From Acidimicrobiia bacterium (GTDB lineage Bacteria; Actinomycetota; Acidimicrobiia; Spongiisociales; ZC4RG35), in contig DATEDN010000172.1 of the NCBI GenBank assembly GCA_035281645.1, positions 4,137 through 68,136 on the forward strand: DNA of 64,000 nucleotides. The letters run 5' to 3'. A program made the position numbers and the translations under genes. Positions 9,742 through 19,504 of the stretch are shown one piece after another (the stretch's first letter is position 1; every line of letters begins with the position of its first letter). Under the pieces are notes generated by a model, which was not told where the DNA came from, made no database searches, and worked only from the letters and a program-made list of their open reading frames with translations.

Positions 9742-10403
9742 TCCCTCGCCTCAAGCGCGGCTCTCAAATTTCTGATAGCGGCCGCCGGGTCGGGATCGCC
9801 AAAGACCGCGGTGCCGGCCACGAAGATATTGGCGCCGGCATCCCGCGCAGAAGCAATCGTGCTGGGCGTGATGCCGCCATCTATTTCGATATCGGCCGAA
9901 AGCCCATGGGACTCAATCCAATTCCGAGCCTCTTCGACCTTGCCCAGCACTTCCGCAAGGAAGGACTGGCCGCCAAATCCAGGGTTCACCGACATGATCA
10001 ACACCATCGAGACCAGCTCGAGAAAGGGAAGGACGGCTGCGATCGGGGTCGGGGGCGATAACACCAGCCCGAACTCGAGACCCGCCTCTCGGGCCCGGGC
10101 GGCAGCCCGGGTGGGATCAGGGATGGCTTCGATATGCATGGTCACCAGGTCGGCCCCGGCCTGGGCGAGCTCGGTCAAGTAGGCGTCAGGGTTTGTCGTC
10201 ATCAGATGGCAGTCGAACTTCATGGCGCTCAACGGCCGCAGCGAGGCGATGACTGGCACGCCGAAGCTGAGATTCGGGACGAAATGGCCATCCATCACAT
10301 CGAGGTGGAGGAGATCGGTTTCTTTCTCGACTTCCGCCACTTGTTCGCCGAGCCGGGAGAAATCGGCCGCCAGCAAGCTAGGGGCGATCCGAAAGGAGGC
10401 CAT
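9738..10403 (-). CDS. rpe: ribulose-phosphate 3-epimerase
   Basis: RPE barrel motifs (LHLDVMDGHFVPN, GFGGQSF, DGGI). Start taken at the internal Met (MASFRIAPSLLAADF). The track ORF extends 31 codons further upstream. Confidence 0.88.
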   Translation of the reverse strand: MASFRIAPSLLAADFSRLGEQVAEVEKETDLLHLDVMDGHFVPNLSFGVPVIASLRPLSAMKFDCHLMTTNPDAYLTELAQAGADLVTMHIEAIPDPTRAAARAREAGLEFGLVLSPPTPIAAVLPFLELVSMVLIMSVNPGFGGQSFLAEVLGKVEEARNWIESHGLSADIEIDGGITPSTIASARDAGANIFVAGTAVFGDPDPAAAIRNLRAALEARE

Positions 10404-10465
10404 TCGGGCTTCGATTGTATCCGGGTGGTTTCGAGCGCCCCGGTTGCGATTGCCTCCCGGCCAGC

Positions 10466-11377
10466 TCAGTTGCCGACGTGGGGTGTACTTCGCCAACCCC
10501 GCGACCAGGCACCACCGGTCATCTCCCTCTTGCCGGCAGGGCGAACCATTCGCAACTCCATCGCTCGACCGCCCGACCCCACCAGCAGGTGTTCGCCGTC
10601 CGAAGCGAACTCGCCCGTGGCAAGGGTGTCTCCAGTTGCGCGGGCGGAGGTAATGGCAACTCGTTCCCCGTCCACGAGGAAGTAGGCGCCAGGTTTGGGA
10701 GTGAGGGCACGAATTTTCCGGACGTTTTGCTCCGCGGCCTGATTGAGATCGACTTGTCGATCGTTAGGACCGAGGCGGGGGGCGTAAGTGGCTTTGGCCC
10801 CGTCTTGGGCCACGGCCTCGATCTCGCCGGCCAGCAGGGCAGAAATGGTGTCCACCAGCAGCGAGCCAGCGAGGTGGGAGAGCCGGGTCGTCAATTCTCC
10901 TGCTGTTTCCTCGTCACCGATCACCACGGAACGGGCGGCAAGAACGGGACCGGTATCGAGCCCTTGGTCGAGCTGCATGAGCGAGACCCCTGTCTCTTCA
11001 TCGCCGGCAGCGATGGAGGCCGCAACCGGGGCCGCTCCTCGCCATCGAGGCAGCAAAGAAAAATGCAGATTGACGAAACCATGTCGCGGTCTCGCCAAGG
11101 CTCTGGCAGGGATGATCACTCCGAAGGCCACAACTACCGCCAGGTCGACGTCAAGCAACTGACCATCGATGTCGTCGGCCCCGCCGGCCTCGACGACTGT
11201 CAGACCGCGGGCGAGGGCGGCAACCTTGACCGGCGAGGGCTGGGGATTACCGCTGCGGCCCCGGGGCCGGTCCGGCCGGGTGACGACCGCGCTTACCTCG
11301 GCGGCGTCCGTTAAGTAGTCGAGGCTAGGCACGGCCGCAGCGGGTGTTCCTAAGAAGACGGCGCGGACCTTGCTCAC
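10466..11377 (-). CDS. fmt: methionyl-tRNA formyltransferase
   Basis: 303 aa with formyltransferase motifs (VVTRPDRP..., HFSLLPRWRGAAP). Sits in a def-fmt pair. Confidence 0.9.
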   Translation of the reverse strand: MSKVRAVFLGTPAAAVPSLDYLTDAAEVSAVVTRPDRPRGRSGNPQPSPVKVAALARGLTVVEAGGADDIDGQLLDVDLAVVVAFGVIIPARALARPRHGFVNLHFSLLPRWRGAAPVAASIAAGDEETGVSLMQLDQGLDTGPVLAARSVVIGDEETAGELTTRLSHLAGSLLVDTISALLAGEIEAVAQDGAKATYAPRLGPNDRQVDLNQAAEQNVRKIRALTPKPGAYFLVDGERVAITSARATGDTLATGEFASDGEHLLVGSGGRAMELRMVRPAGKREMTGGAWSRGWRSTPHVGN

Positions 11378-11877
11378 GCCTCCAATCCGAGGGCTTCCTC
11401 GCGCAGGGTCTTCAGGGCCTGCTTGCGAACCTTTTTCTCAAGGCGTTCAATCAGAAGGATGCCCTTTAGGTGGTCGATCTCGTGCTGGAGCACCCGACCG
11501 AGGAGACCTTCCCCAAAGTATTCAACCGTATCCCCGTCCAGGTTGAGCCCTCGGGCTCGCACATATCCGGGTCGGGTAATCGGCCAGTAGTGGCCGGGCA
11601 CCGACAAGCAACCCTCTTCGTACTCGTAGACCCCGTCGCTCTCGACGAGCTCGGGATTGATCAAGACCCTGGCTCCCTTCTCATCTTGGGCGTCGAAGAC
11701 GATCACGGCTCTCGAAACCCCAATCTGGGGAGCGGCCAAGCCCACACCGGGGGCGGCATACATGGTCTCGATCATGTCCGTCACCAGTTTTCGGACTCCC
11801 GCGTCGATCTCTTTGACCGGAGCGGCAGGCATGCGAAGAACGGGATCGCCAAAACGACGAATAGGAAAAAGGGCCAT
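11374..11877 (-). CDS. def: peptide deformylase
   Basis: 167 aa with GVGLAAPQIG, EGCLSVPG and HEIDHL motifs. Confidence 0.92.
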   Translation of the reverse strand: MALFPIRRFGDPVLRMPAAPVKEIDAGVRKLVTDMIETMYAAPGVGLAAPQIGVSRAVIVFDAQDEKGARVLINPELVESDGVYEYEEGCLSVPGHYWPITRPGYVRARGLNLDGDTVEYFGEGLLGRVLQHEIDHLKGILLIERLEKKVRKQALKTLREEALGLEA

Positions 11878-11914
11878 ATCGAAACGGCGTAATTATGACG
11901 TTGCTCGACCGCGG

Positions 11915-13687
11915 TCACAGATCGATGGGGTCGGAATCGATACGCACCACCGTGCCCGCTTCCCGCCATTGCTGAATCAGAGGCCGCAGCGACAAGCGCA
12001 CGGATCCAAGATCGCGTCCCTGAAGCAGCCACCGCTGAGCGGGTTCTCCCGCGGCCGTGACTCGGGCCATCGGACCGAGGAGGCTGACGCCGGAGGCAAT
12101 CCTGCGGAGATCTTCATCCGACGGCGCCGGCCCCCGGGTCTCGATGATCAGCAGTTGACCGGACGGGGGCAAGCCGAGCTGGCGACGGTTCTCCACCTCA
12201 GCCGCGAGGAACGGCATGGGGTTTCCCGATCGGAGAGCGGTAATTACTGGGTGATCAGGCAATGAGGTTTGAAGGATGCTTCGACCCGACGGACCCTCGA
12301 CCTTGCTGACGAGTCGGGCGAGGATCCGCAAGGCCTCCTCCGAGGCCCGGTAGTGAGTTCCGAGAATGAGGCCGTCTGCGTCAACCGCGACCGTCAGAGA
12401 TTGGCTCGGAAGGTCGGCAAGGTCGGCCTCGCTCCCCACTAACACGCGAGCGAAACTTTCGCCATCGAGCCTTCTCCGCAATTCCTCCGCAATGCGGCCA
12501 ACTCCCGCCCCCATCGGCACGAACTTCTCGCTCCCACAAACCTGACATGGCCCCAAAGGTGCACCGCAACGGACACATTTGGTGCCGGGCTCGGGCCGCG
12601 CGCCACAAGTTGAGCAGCGACGAAGCGTGCGACAGCGCCGGCAGCGATAGGCCGATGCGTACCCGCGCCGATGAGCGAAGACAAACACCCGACCGCCTCG
12701 TTGGGCGACGGCCTTGATCGCTCCCAGCGCCCTCAGCGTCACAAAACCTGATTGGTGCTCCTCGCGACGGCGATCGACGATCTCGACCGACGGCCAGATC
12801 CGCCGTCTGCCCTGAAACACGGAGGGTCCGGCAGCCACGGTCTCGGTGGTTGGCGTCGGTCCGATGAAGACCAGACCGAGGCCAGCGACATTGGCTCGGG
12901 TGCGGGCCAGGTCCCGCACGGAGATAGTCGGAGTTTGACGATCCTTCATCGCTCTCCGACCCTCTTCGACAACCGCAATCGCCCCCAAGCCCGACACCTG
13001 CCAAGTGGAGATGCGCGGAGTGCCGATTAACAGCCGGCCCGGTACCTGGCAGGCCGCCCACGCCGAGGTGACTTCGGCCGCGGTGTGTTCGGCAGAAACT
13101 ACCACCACGGCTTCGCCGAAGATTCTTGCCGCGACATCGCCCAAGGCGGCCGCCTCGGCCCCGGTGGCGACGATTGTCATCAGGCTGAGGCGGGATCGAA
13201 GGATCGGGCTCGCAAGGGCCTCGAGCCAGGCAGTGTCCGACGAAGAGGTCAGGAAGACGGCAGGTGGACGGCGTTTCCCGGCGGCGATGGCGCTTGCCAA
13301 CTCCCCCAGCGGATGATCCTTGGTCACCCCCTTCTGCTCGTCTCCTGGCTCGGCCGGCAGGCGGTTGGCGAGGTTCGGAGGGGTCGCTCTTTCAAGAAGC
13401 ACCGATAAGGGAGCGACATAGCGGTTGGCTGCCCATTGCAGCACCCTCAGCAGGTTGTCATCGAAGAGGGGAGGTTTCATAACGAGCGGTCCGATAGGCC
13501 TCAACTTGTCCAGCGGACGAGGAGATTTGTTTGCTACTTCGACGACGTAGCCACGAGTTCGCCTACCGCCCAGCGGTACCCGGACCAACGAACCAACCGC
13601 GGTCTCGAAAGCACGCTCGGGAGGCAAGGAGTACCAGAAGCCCTGATCGACCGCGAAGCTGGGGACGGCCGGAACGACCCGGGCCAC
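11915..13687 (-). CDS. priA: primosomal protein N' (PriA); probable GTG start at 13687
   Basis: PriA-like N-terminus (VARVVPAVPSFAVDQGFWYSLPPE), a Cys-rich zinc-binding cluster (CRRCRTLRRCSTCG...CVRCG...CQVCG) and a C-terminal domain. The track ORF carries about 200 extra Arg-rich codons that overlap metK in another frame. Confidence 0.8.
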   Translation of the reverse strand: MARVVPAVPSFAVDQGFWYSLPPERAFETAVGSLVRVPLGGRRTRGYVVEVANKSPRPLDKLRPIGPLVMKPPLFDDNLLRVLQWAANRYVAPLSVLLERATPPNLANRLPAEPGDEQKGVTKDHPLGELASAIAAGKRRPPAVFLTSSSDTAWLEALASPILRSRLSLMTIVATGAEAAALGDVAARIFGEAVVVVSAEHTAAEVTSAWAACQVPGRLLIGTPRISTWQVSGLGAIAVVEEGRRAMKDRQTPTISVRDLARTRANVAGLGLVFIGPTPTTETVAAGPSVFQGRRRIWPSVEIVDRRREEHQSGFVTLRALGAIKAVAQRGGRVFVFAHRRGYASAYRCRRCRTLRRCSTCGARPEPGTKCVRCGAPLGPCQVCGSEKFVPMGAGVGRIAEELRRRLDGESFARVLVGSEADLADLPSQSLTVAVDADGLILGTHYRASEEALRILARLVSKVEGPSGRSILQTSLPDHPVITALRSGNPMPFLAAEVENRRQLGLPPSGQLLIIETRGPAPSDEDLRRIASGVSLLGPMARVTAAGEPAQRWLLQGRDLGSVRLSLRPLIQQWREAGTVVRIDSDPIDL

Positions 13688-13749
13688 CCGCCATTCTGTG
13701 GGCCGGGAGACAGGCAGAGGCGCCCTCCGAACCCTGGGTTCGCGATTGG

Positions 13750-14931
13750 TCAGAGAGAGGAGGCGGCCGCAGCCAGGTCGGTTGCCACTGCCGTCGACTC
13801 CCACGGGAATTCGGGGCGTCCGAAATGACCGTAAGCGGCGGTGGGTCGATAGATCGGCCGACGCAGATCGAGGCGGTCGATGATGGCCTGAGGACGGAAG
13901 TCGAAGAACTCGGCCACCAGAACTTCGAGGCGATCGGGGGGAATCCGAGAGGTCTCGAAGGTATCGACGTGGGTCGAAAACGGCGCTGCCCGGCCGATGG
14001 CGTAGGCGAGTTGAACCTCGCATCTCGCCGCCAAGCCCGCCGCCACCACATTCTTGGCGGCGTGACGGGCGGCATATGTGGCCGAGCGGTCGACCTTGGT
14101 TGGATCCTTGCCGGAGAATGCTCCTCCGCCGTGGCGGGCGTACCCGCCGTAGGTATCGACGATGATCTTGCGTCCGGTGAGGCCGGTGTCGGCGTGGGGC
14201 CCGCCGACTTCGAAACGGCCGGAGGGGTTCACGTAGAAGGCCGCCTTGCGGTCGAGTAGCGAATCGGGAATCGAGGGCACCACTACTTCGTCCCACAAAT
14301 GAGCTCGCATCTCATTTTCCAAGTCGACGCCGGGACCGTGATGGGCGGAGATGAGCACGCTCGCCACCCGGACTGGCCGGCGATCCTCGTACTCCACCAT
14401 GACCTGAGTTTTGCCATCGGGTCGAAGGTAGGAGAGGGTGCCGTCCCGTCGCACCGCAGCCAGTCGTTCCGCCAGACGATGGGCGAGCTGGATCGGGAGC
14501 GGCATCAGCTCGGGCGTCTCATCGACGGCGAAGCCGAACATGATTCCTTGATCACCGGCCCCAAGAATGTCGTAGAAATCGGTCGATCCCGAGCGAGCCT
14601 CTTCCGCCCGGGTCACCCCGGCGGCAATGTCGGGGCTCTGCTGGTGAACCAGTACGGTGACCTCGATCGAATCGGCGGAGAACTCGGCGTCTCCGATGTA
14701 GCCAATATCGGCGATGGCCTCTCGGGCCACCTTCTCGGGTTCAATCGAGGCGGTGGTATTGAGCTCTCCGGCGACTACGGCTTTGCCCGTTGTGACCAGG
14801 GTCTCGCACGCCACCCGCCCCTCCGGGTCCTGGGCGAGAACGGCGTCTAGAACACTGTCGGAAACAGCGTCGGCGACCTTGTCGGGATGCCCCTCGGTGA
14901 CGGACTCCGACGCGAAGAACCAGCGGCGCAT
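13750..14931 (-). CDS. metK: S-adenosylmethionine synthase
   Basis: MetK motifs ([23 protein letters not shown], hexapeptide GGGAFSGKD). Start taken at internal Met 35 of the track ORF ([11 protein letters not shown]). Confidence 0.92.
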   Translation of the reverse strand: MRRWFFASESVTEGHPDKVADAVSDSVLDAVLAQDPEGRVACETLVTTGKAVVAGELNTTASIEPEKVAREAIADIGYIGDAEFSADSIEVTVLVHQQSPDIAAGVTRAEEARSGSTDFYDILGAGDQGIMFGFAVDETPELMPLPIQLAHRLAERLAAVRRDGTLSYLRPDGKTQVMVEYEDRRPVRVASVLISAHHGPGVDLENEMRAHLWDEVVVPSIPDSLLDRKAAFYVNPSGRFEVGGPHADTGLTGRKIIVDTYGGYARHGGGAFSGKDPTKVDRSATYAARHAAKNVVAAGLAARCEVQLAYAIGRAAPFSTHVDTFETSRIPPDRLEVLVAEFFDFRPQAIIDRLDLRRPIYRPTAAYGHFGRPEFPWESTAVATDLAAAASSL

Positions 14932-14960
14932 CAGTGGGCGAGAGCTTACCGCCATCGCCT

Positions 14961-16133
14961 TTACGGATTGAGGCGGCTCTGAATCAAATCCCAGAGCCGG
15001 GCGGCCACTTCCCGCTTGGAGAGAAGCGGCCACTCCTCCACTTGCCCGTCGGGGGTGATGATCGAGACGCGGTTGGTGTCGACGCCAAATCCGGCCCCCG
15101 GTTCATCGACGTCATTCGCCACCGTCAGATCACTTCCCTTGCGGATCGCTTTCTCCACGGCTCGGGGAATGTTCGACGTTTCGGCCGAGAAACCGACTAC
15201 GAAGGGGCGCTTGGCTCTAGAGGCCACCGCCCCCAGGATGTCGGGCGTGGATTCGAGATCGATAGTTGGTGGCCCCTCGCTCCTGGATAGCTTTGAGCCC
15301 CAGGGGTCCTTGGGCCGGAAGTCGGCCACGGCTGCGGCCATGATGGCGACATCGACGTCGAGCTTGTCAACTGCGTCGGCCATCTCTTGTGCAGATTCCA
15401 CCCGGATGAGATCGACCGCGGGATGCGCCCCCCGGTCGGCGGCGGTGACCAAATGCACACGAGCTCCCCGCCGCGCTGCTTCATCGGCAATGGCATGTCC
15501 CATCTTCCCCGAAGAGCGGTTGCCGAGGAAACGAACCGGATCGATCGCCTCGCGGGTCCCGCCTGCCGTGACGAGGACTGTGAGACCGCGCAAAGGTCCC
15601 GCCAGGTGATCGATCAGTGCTTCGACGATCGCCTCCGGCTCGGCCATTCGACCCACGCCCTCGTCGCCCCCGGCCAACGGCCCAGTTTCGGGTCCCACCA
15701 CCCACCGACCGTCCTGGCGTAGAAGAGCCAGGTTCCGTTGGGTAGCGGGGTTTTCCCACATCTCGGTGTGCATGGCGGGTGCCAGAAGTACGGGAGCGGT
15801 CGTAGCCAGCAGGGTGGCGCTGGCGGCCTCTTCGGATATCCCCAGAGCGAGACGGGCCAGCGTGGCGGCCGTGGCAGGGGCAACGATGACGGCTTCCGCC
15901 CACCGGCCCAACTCGGTGTGGGGACTTACCGAGGAGAAAAGCGATCGCACCACGGGATGGCCGGTGATGGCGGCAAACGTGGTGGGACCAATGAAGTTGG
16001 TGGCCTCCTCGGTGATGACTGTTCTCACCTCTGCTCCACCCTCGACGAGCAGCCGGGCGAGGTATGCCGACTTGTAGGCCGCCACACCGCCGGTGACAAC
16101 CAAAACGATTCGCCGACCCGAAAGAGCCGACAT
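14961..16133 (-). CDS. coaBC: bifunctional phosphopantothenoylcysteine decarboxylase / phosphopantothenate--cysteine ligase
   Basis: 390 aa with an N-terminal flavoprotein decarboxylase ([14 protein letters not shown]) and a C-terminal CoaB ligase domain. Confidence 0.9.
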   Translation of the reverse strand: MSALSGRRIVLVVTGGVAAYKSAYLARLLVEGGAEVRTVITEEATNFIGPTTFAAITGHPVVRSLFSSVSPHTELGRWAEAVIVAPATAATLARLALGISEEAASATLLATTAPVLLAPAMHTEMWENPATQRNLALLRQDGRWVVGPETGPLAGGDEGVGRMAEPEAIVEALIDHLAGPLRGLTVLVTAGGTREAIDPVRFLGNRSSGKMGHAIADEAARRGARVHLVTAADRGAHPAVDLIRVESAQEMADAVDKLDVDVAIMAAAVADFRPKDPWGSKLSRSEGPPTIDLESTPDILGAVASRAKRPFVVGFSAETSNIPRAVEKAIRKGSDLTVANDVDEPGAGFGVDTNRVSIITPDGQVEEWPLLSKREVAARLWDLIQSRLNP

Positions 16134-16140
16134 CAGGCGG

Positions 16141-16362
16141 CTATTCCTCGGCGTGCTCTGCCTGAACCATGCCTCCGGCGATTTCCTCCATCGCGATGGT
16201 GAGGGGTTTACGGGAGAGGCTGTTCACCTGCGGGGGGATGTTCTTCCCCTCGTTGGAGCCGAGCCCGCTGTAGTAGGCGTTGATCTGGCGGGCTCTCCGA
16301 GCGGCAACAACAACCGTTGCGAACCGGTTGCCGATGTTGTCGATGACATCCTCGATCTTCAT
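16141..16362 (-). CDS. rpoZ: DNA-directed RNA polymerase subunit omega
   Basis: 73 aa, IDNIGNRFATVVVAARRARQIN is the omega signature. Sits between gmk and coaBC. Confidence 0.85.
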   Translation of the reverse strand: MKIEDVIDNIGNRFATVVVAARRARQINAYYSGLGSNEGKNIPPQVNSLSRKPLTIAMEEIAGGMVQAEHAEE

Positions 16363-16386
16363 GGGACCTGTCTGGTTGGGGATTGC

Positions 16387-17004
16387 TCATTCTACCGCCG
16401 ACATGTGTTGATCGACTTCCGCGATACAGCGCTCGAGATCGTCGTTGACGACGACAAAGTCGAAAACGCCCTTGGCGTCGGCAATCTCGCCCCGGGCGAT
16501 TAGCAAGCGTCGGGCGATTTCATCCTCAGGGGTGTCGGCGCGGAGACGTAAGCGAGCCTCGAGATCCTCGATGCTCGGCGGGACCACGAAGAACATGATG
16601 GCGTCCGGGTAAGACTCTCTGATCTGGCGAGCCCCTTGCACCTCGATCTCGAGCAACACGTCGGTACCGTGCGCGAGGTTCTCGAGAACGGGCGCACGCA
16701 ACGTGCCGTAACAACGGTCGTTGTATTCGGCCCACTCCAGTAACTCCCCGGCTTCGATCAGCTTGCCGAATTCTTGGGGAGCGACGAACCAATAGTGGAC
16801 GCCATGTTCTTCGCCCGGCCGCGGATCCCGGGTGGTAGCCGAGACCGAGAAGTAGAACTGGCGGCGCCGGCGCAGCCCCTTGACGACGGATGACTTCCCC
16901 GCTCCGGATGGACCGGAGATGACAAAGAGCCGTCCCCGCTTTCTGTCAGCCAACCGTTGCTCAGCCGAGCGTGGCGAGAAGGGCCTTCCGTTGCCGCTCG
17001 CCAA
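16387..17004 (-). CDS. gmk: guanylate kinase
   Basis: P-loop GPSGAGKSS, GMP-binding SVSATTR and EIEVQG motifs. Confidence 0.9.
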   Translation of the reverse strand: MASGNGRPFSPRSAEQRLADRKRGRLFVISGPSGAGKSSVVKGLRRRRQFYFSVSATTRDPRPGEEHGVHYWFVAPQEFGKLIEAGELLEWAEYNDRCYGTLRAPVLENLAHGTDVLLEIEVQGARQIRESYPDAIMFFVVPPSIEDLEARLRLRADTPEDEIARRLLIARGEIADAKGVFDFVVVNDDLERCIAEVDQHMSAVE

Positions 17005-17281
17005 GGCCCCGAATGCGGCGGTTGGGGGCGATCTCGAGCGATTCGAGCAGGCGCTTGGCTCCGATTTTTCCCATTCCGGGCAATGCCTCGAGCAGCGACT
17101 CGACTTTCAGGCCGGCGACATAGTCCTCCGATTCGGCCCGATCGAACACCTCACGCAAAGTCAACGAGCCGGTCTTGAGGAGCTCCTTGATCTCGGCTCT
17201 GATACGTCGCGCCTCGCCCGCCTTGGCCAGAGCCGCGGCCCTTTGCTCGGGAGTGATTTGAGGCGGCTTTGGAGAGGTCAC
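16961..17281 (-). CDS. mihF: integration host factor MihF (actinobacterial mIHF)
   Basis: 106 aa, small basic protein placed upstream of gmk as in mycobacteria and streptomycetes. Confidence 0.75.
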   Translation of the reverse strand: MTSPKPPQITPEQRAAALAKAGEARRIRAEIKELLKTGSLTLREVFDRAESEDYVAGLKVESLLEALPGMGKIGAKRLLESLEIAPNRRIRGLGERQRKALLATLG

Positions 17282-17291
17282 GGTTTCGATG

Positions 17292-18476
17292 CTAACCCTG
17301 GCCGGCGGCGGTCACCTGCCTTACTCGGAGTCGGGAGGATGCCCAAACGGCAACCGTCAGGGCGAGAACGAAGGCCAGATTCGAGAGCCAGTGGAATCCA
17401 AAGCTCTCCTTGACGAAACCGGAGGCAAAAGCGGCACTGCCGCCCAGCACCGACAACACGGCATCTGCCAAACCCTGACTGGCCACTCGATACTCGTCGC
17501 CGCTGGCGGACACCAGCAGGCTTGAACCACCAATCAGTCCAAAGCTCCAACCGAGGCCGAGGAGGAAGAGGCCAGCGAAGATGAGAGCCGGTTGGTATCC
17601 CGCAATCACTGCTGCCACTACTCCGGTACCAAGGATGGCGGCACCGAGCCGGATCGATCGCAACGGCCCGTAGCGGTCGACGATCCTCCCCACAACGGGC
17701 GAGAGGCCGAACATTCCCAGGACATGAACGGCTATCACCGCCCCCGATAGCTCAGCTTGGCCATGGTCGCGCATGTGCAACGGCGTCATCGTCATCACCG
17801 CCACCATCGCCGCCTGGCTGAGGGCAATGGAACCGATTCCGAGCAAGGCCAACGGGCGCGTCCTGATCACTGCCCAGGTGGTGCCGATTGTCGGCCTCGG
17901 CCCCGCATCTGCGATCTCTTTTTTCAGCAAGGTATCGGGCCGGAGCCAGATGGCCACCACCAGGGCGGCCAGCACCAACAGGAGCACCGACACGAGGAGT
18001 GGGGCGGTCCAAGGCCGGAACCCCTGTTCCAGGCCCCAAGTGTTCTCCCAGGAGCCGAGGCTGGGGCCGACAACTCCCCCGAGGGCCCCGACCCAGACCA
18101 CGAGCGAGATGACCCGCCCTCGTTCCTCCGGGGTAGCCAAGTCGGCCGCCGCAAAACGACTCTGGAGGGCGGCTGTCTGACCCGTTCCCACCAGCACCAG
18201 AGCGAAAAGAAAGGGGATGAAGACCCCGCCTTGGCTGAGGAAGAAGCCCAGCACCGCACCCGCAGCGCCCAGCAAATACCCCGCCCACAAGGCCGGGCGG
18301 CGTCCTTTGGCGAGAGCCCTCCTCGCCAGGGGAGCCGCCATCACCGCGGTGCCCAGAGTCAGTGCCGCATTGGGAAGTCCGGCCCATCGATCGGTACCGG
18401 TCAGATCGGCGGCGAGAAGCCCCAGAACCGAGACCATCGTCACATATCCCGCCGAGAAGAGCGCCTGGCTCGTCAT
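17292..18476 (-). CDS. MFS transporter
   Basis: About 12 predicted TM helices with MFS-like loops. Start taken at an internal Met (MTSQALFSAGYV). The track ORF has a 67-codon Arg-rich extension. Confidence 0.7.
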   Translation of the reverse strand: MTSQALFSAGYVTMVSVLGLLAADLTGTDRWAGLPNAALTLGTAVMAAPLARRALAKGRRPALWAGYLLGAAGAVLGFFLSQGGVFIPFLFALVLVGTGQTAALQSRFAAADLATPEERGRVISLVVWVGALGGVVGPSLGSWENTWGLEQGFRPWTAPLLVSVLLLVLAALVVAIWLRPDTLLKKEIADAGPRPTIGTTWAVIRTRPLALLGIGSIALSQAAMVAVMTMTPLHMRDHGQAELSGAVIAVHVLGMFGLSPVVGRIVDRYGPLRSIRLGAAILGTGVVAAVIAGYQPALIFAGLFLLGLGWSFGLIGGSSLLVSASGDEYRVASQGLADAVLSVLGGSAAFASGFVKESFGFHWLSNLAFVLALTVAVWASSRLRVRQVTAAGQG

Positions 18477-18505
18477 CAGGGTGACGAGAACCCTCCGGGG
18501 GACGC

Positions 18506-19504
18506 CTATGGGAGGTTCCAATTCTTCTCGATCTCGGCCAAAGCGACCCGCGCCAGTCGGATTCCGCCCGCGGTCGTGAGATGGATGCCGTCGTTCAAAC
18601 GCATATCGACCAGGTCGCCTTCGTCGTTGATCAGGTACTCGGAGAATCCGCCGTCCGGCCCGGTGAAGACATCCCAACTGCTGATGTAGGTCACCCCAGG
18701 GTGAGCGGCGGCTTCGGACTCATATATCTGATTCATCGTGGCCACCTTCTCACGAAACGAGTCCGAGCGCACGATGGGCATTCCCACCCAGTAAACGTCT
18801 CGATTGTCGGCCACAAGCTCGGCCATCAACTCTCCCACCCGTAGGCGATATTCAGCCATCCATTCAGCAGTCCCGTAGTCGTGCCAGCTGCCATCGATTT
18901 GGATCGCCTGGGCGTCGTTCCCCCCAAAAAAGAGGACGAGCGCATCGGGATCCTGCTCGGCCCCGACCTCACGCAGCCGGGCTGGCCAATCAAGAAAGTC
19001 GGTGCGGGTCAGCCCGGAATCGAACTCATAGACGACTTCGGTGACGTCGATGTACCCGGTGTCTTCGGCCTGGTTCGCCAGCATCGGTCCGAACTGGCCC
19101 ACCATGGAATCTCCCCCGATGAAGAGGCGCAGTGGGTCGGTTGTGGAAATGACTCTCCTTCCCGCAAGGGTCGTGGTCGTCGGTTCGGGGGCGGTGGTCG
19201 TGATGGGCAGAGCAGCCGAAATCGTCGTGGTCGTCGACACCACCGCCTGCTCCCGACCCAGAGCGGTATCGATTGCGTTGTGGGGAGCATCAAGCGAGAA
19301 GAGCCGGGAGATGAAATCGAAAGGCTTGGCCGCCGCCACGGCCAGGTCCCGTTTCCAGCCCGCTTCCTGGCGGCGGGCGGTTTCCATGATGTCGGGCGCA
19401 TTGAGCAATAGGCCCATGAGCAACGCCGCCACCGTGACGAAGATGGCGCTTCCTGCCGGCATCACCGGGCCCTTGCCGATCCAGGAGTCAGGCTCGAGAT
19501 CCAT
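18506..19504 (-). CDS. SGNH/GDSL-family hydrolase-like protein (DUF459/PatB-like), membrane-anchored with a Thr-rich linker
   Basis: N-terminal TM segment, a TTTTISAALPITTTAPEPTTTT linker, and a GDS block (FIGGDSMVGQFG) with later DG/H-type blocks. Sits immediately downstream of an MBOAT gene. Confidence 0.65.
   Translation of the reverse strand: MDLEPDSWIGKGPVMPAGSAIFVTVAALLMGLLLNAPDIMETARRQEAGWKRDLAVAAAKPFDFISRLFSLDAPHNAIDTALGREQAVVSTTTTISAALPITTTAPEPTTTTLAGRRVISTTDPLRLFIGGDSMVGQFGPMLANQAEDTGYIDVTEVVYEFDSGLTRTDFLDWPARLREVGAEQDPDALVLFFGGNDAQAIQIDGSWHDYGTAEWMAEYRLRVGELMAELVADNRDVYWVGMPIVRSDSFREKVATMNQIYESEAAAHPGVTYISSWDVFTGPDGGFSEYLINDEGDLVDMRLNDGIHLTTAGGIRLARVALAEIEKNWNLP

Noticed and set aside
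13688-14296. About 200-codon Arg-rich N-terminal extension of the priA track ORF
   Set aside because: It overlaps metK in another frame. It is extremely Arg/Pro-rich junk ([17 protein letters not shown]...). The recognisable PriA N-terminus begins at the GTG at 13687.
18477-18677. N-terminal extensions of the MFS, rpe, alaS, alpha/beta hydrolase and metK track ORFs
   Set aside because: Each extension is Arg-rich and lacks homology. The conserved protein N-termini begin at internal Met codons, which also restore sensible intergenic spacing. The coordinates given are for the MFS example.
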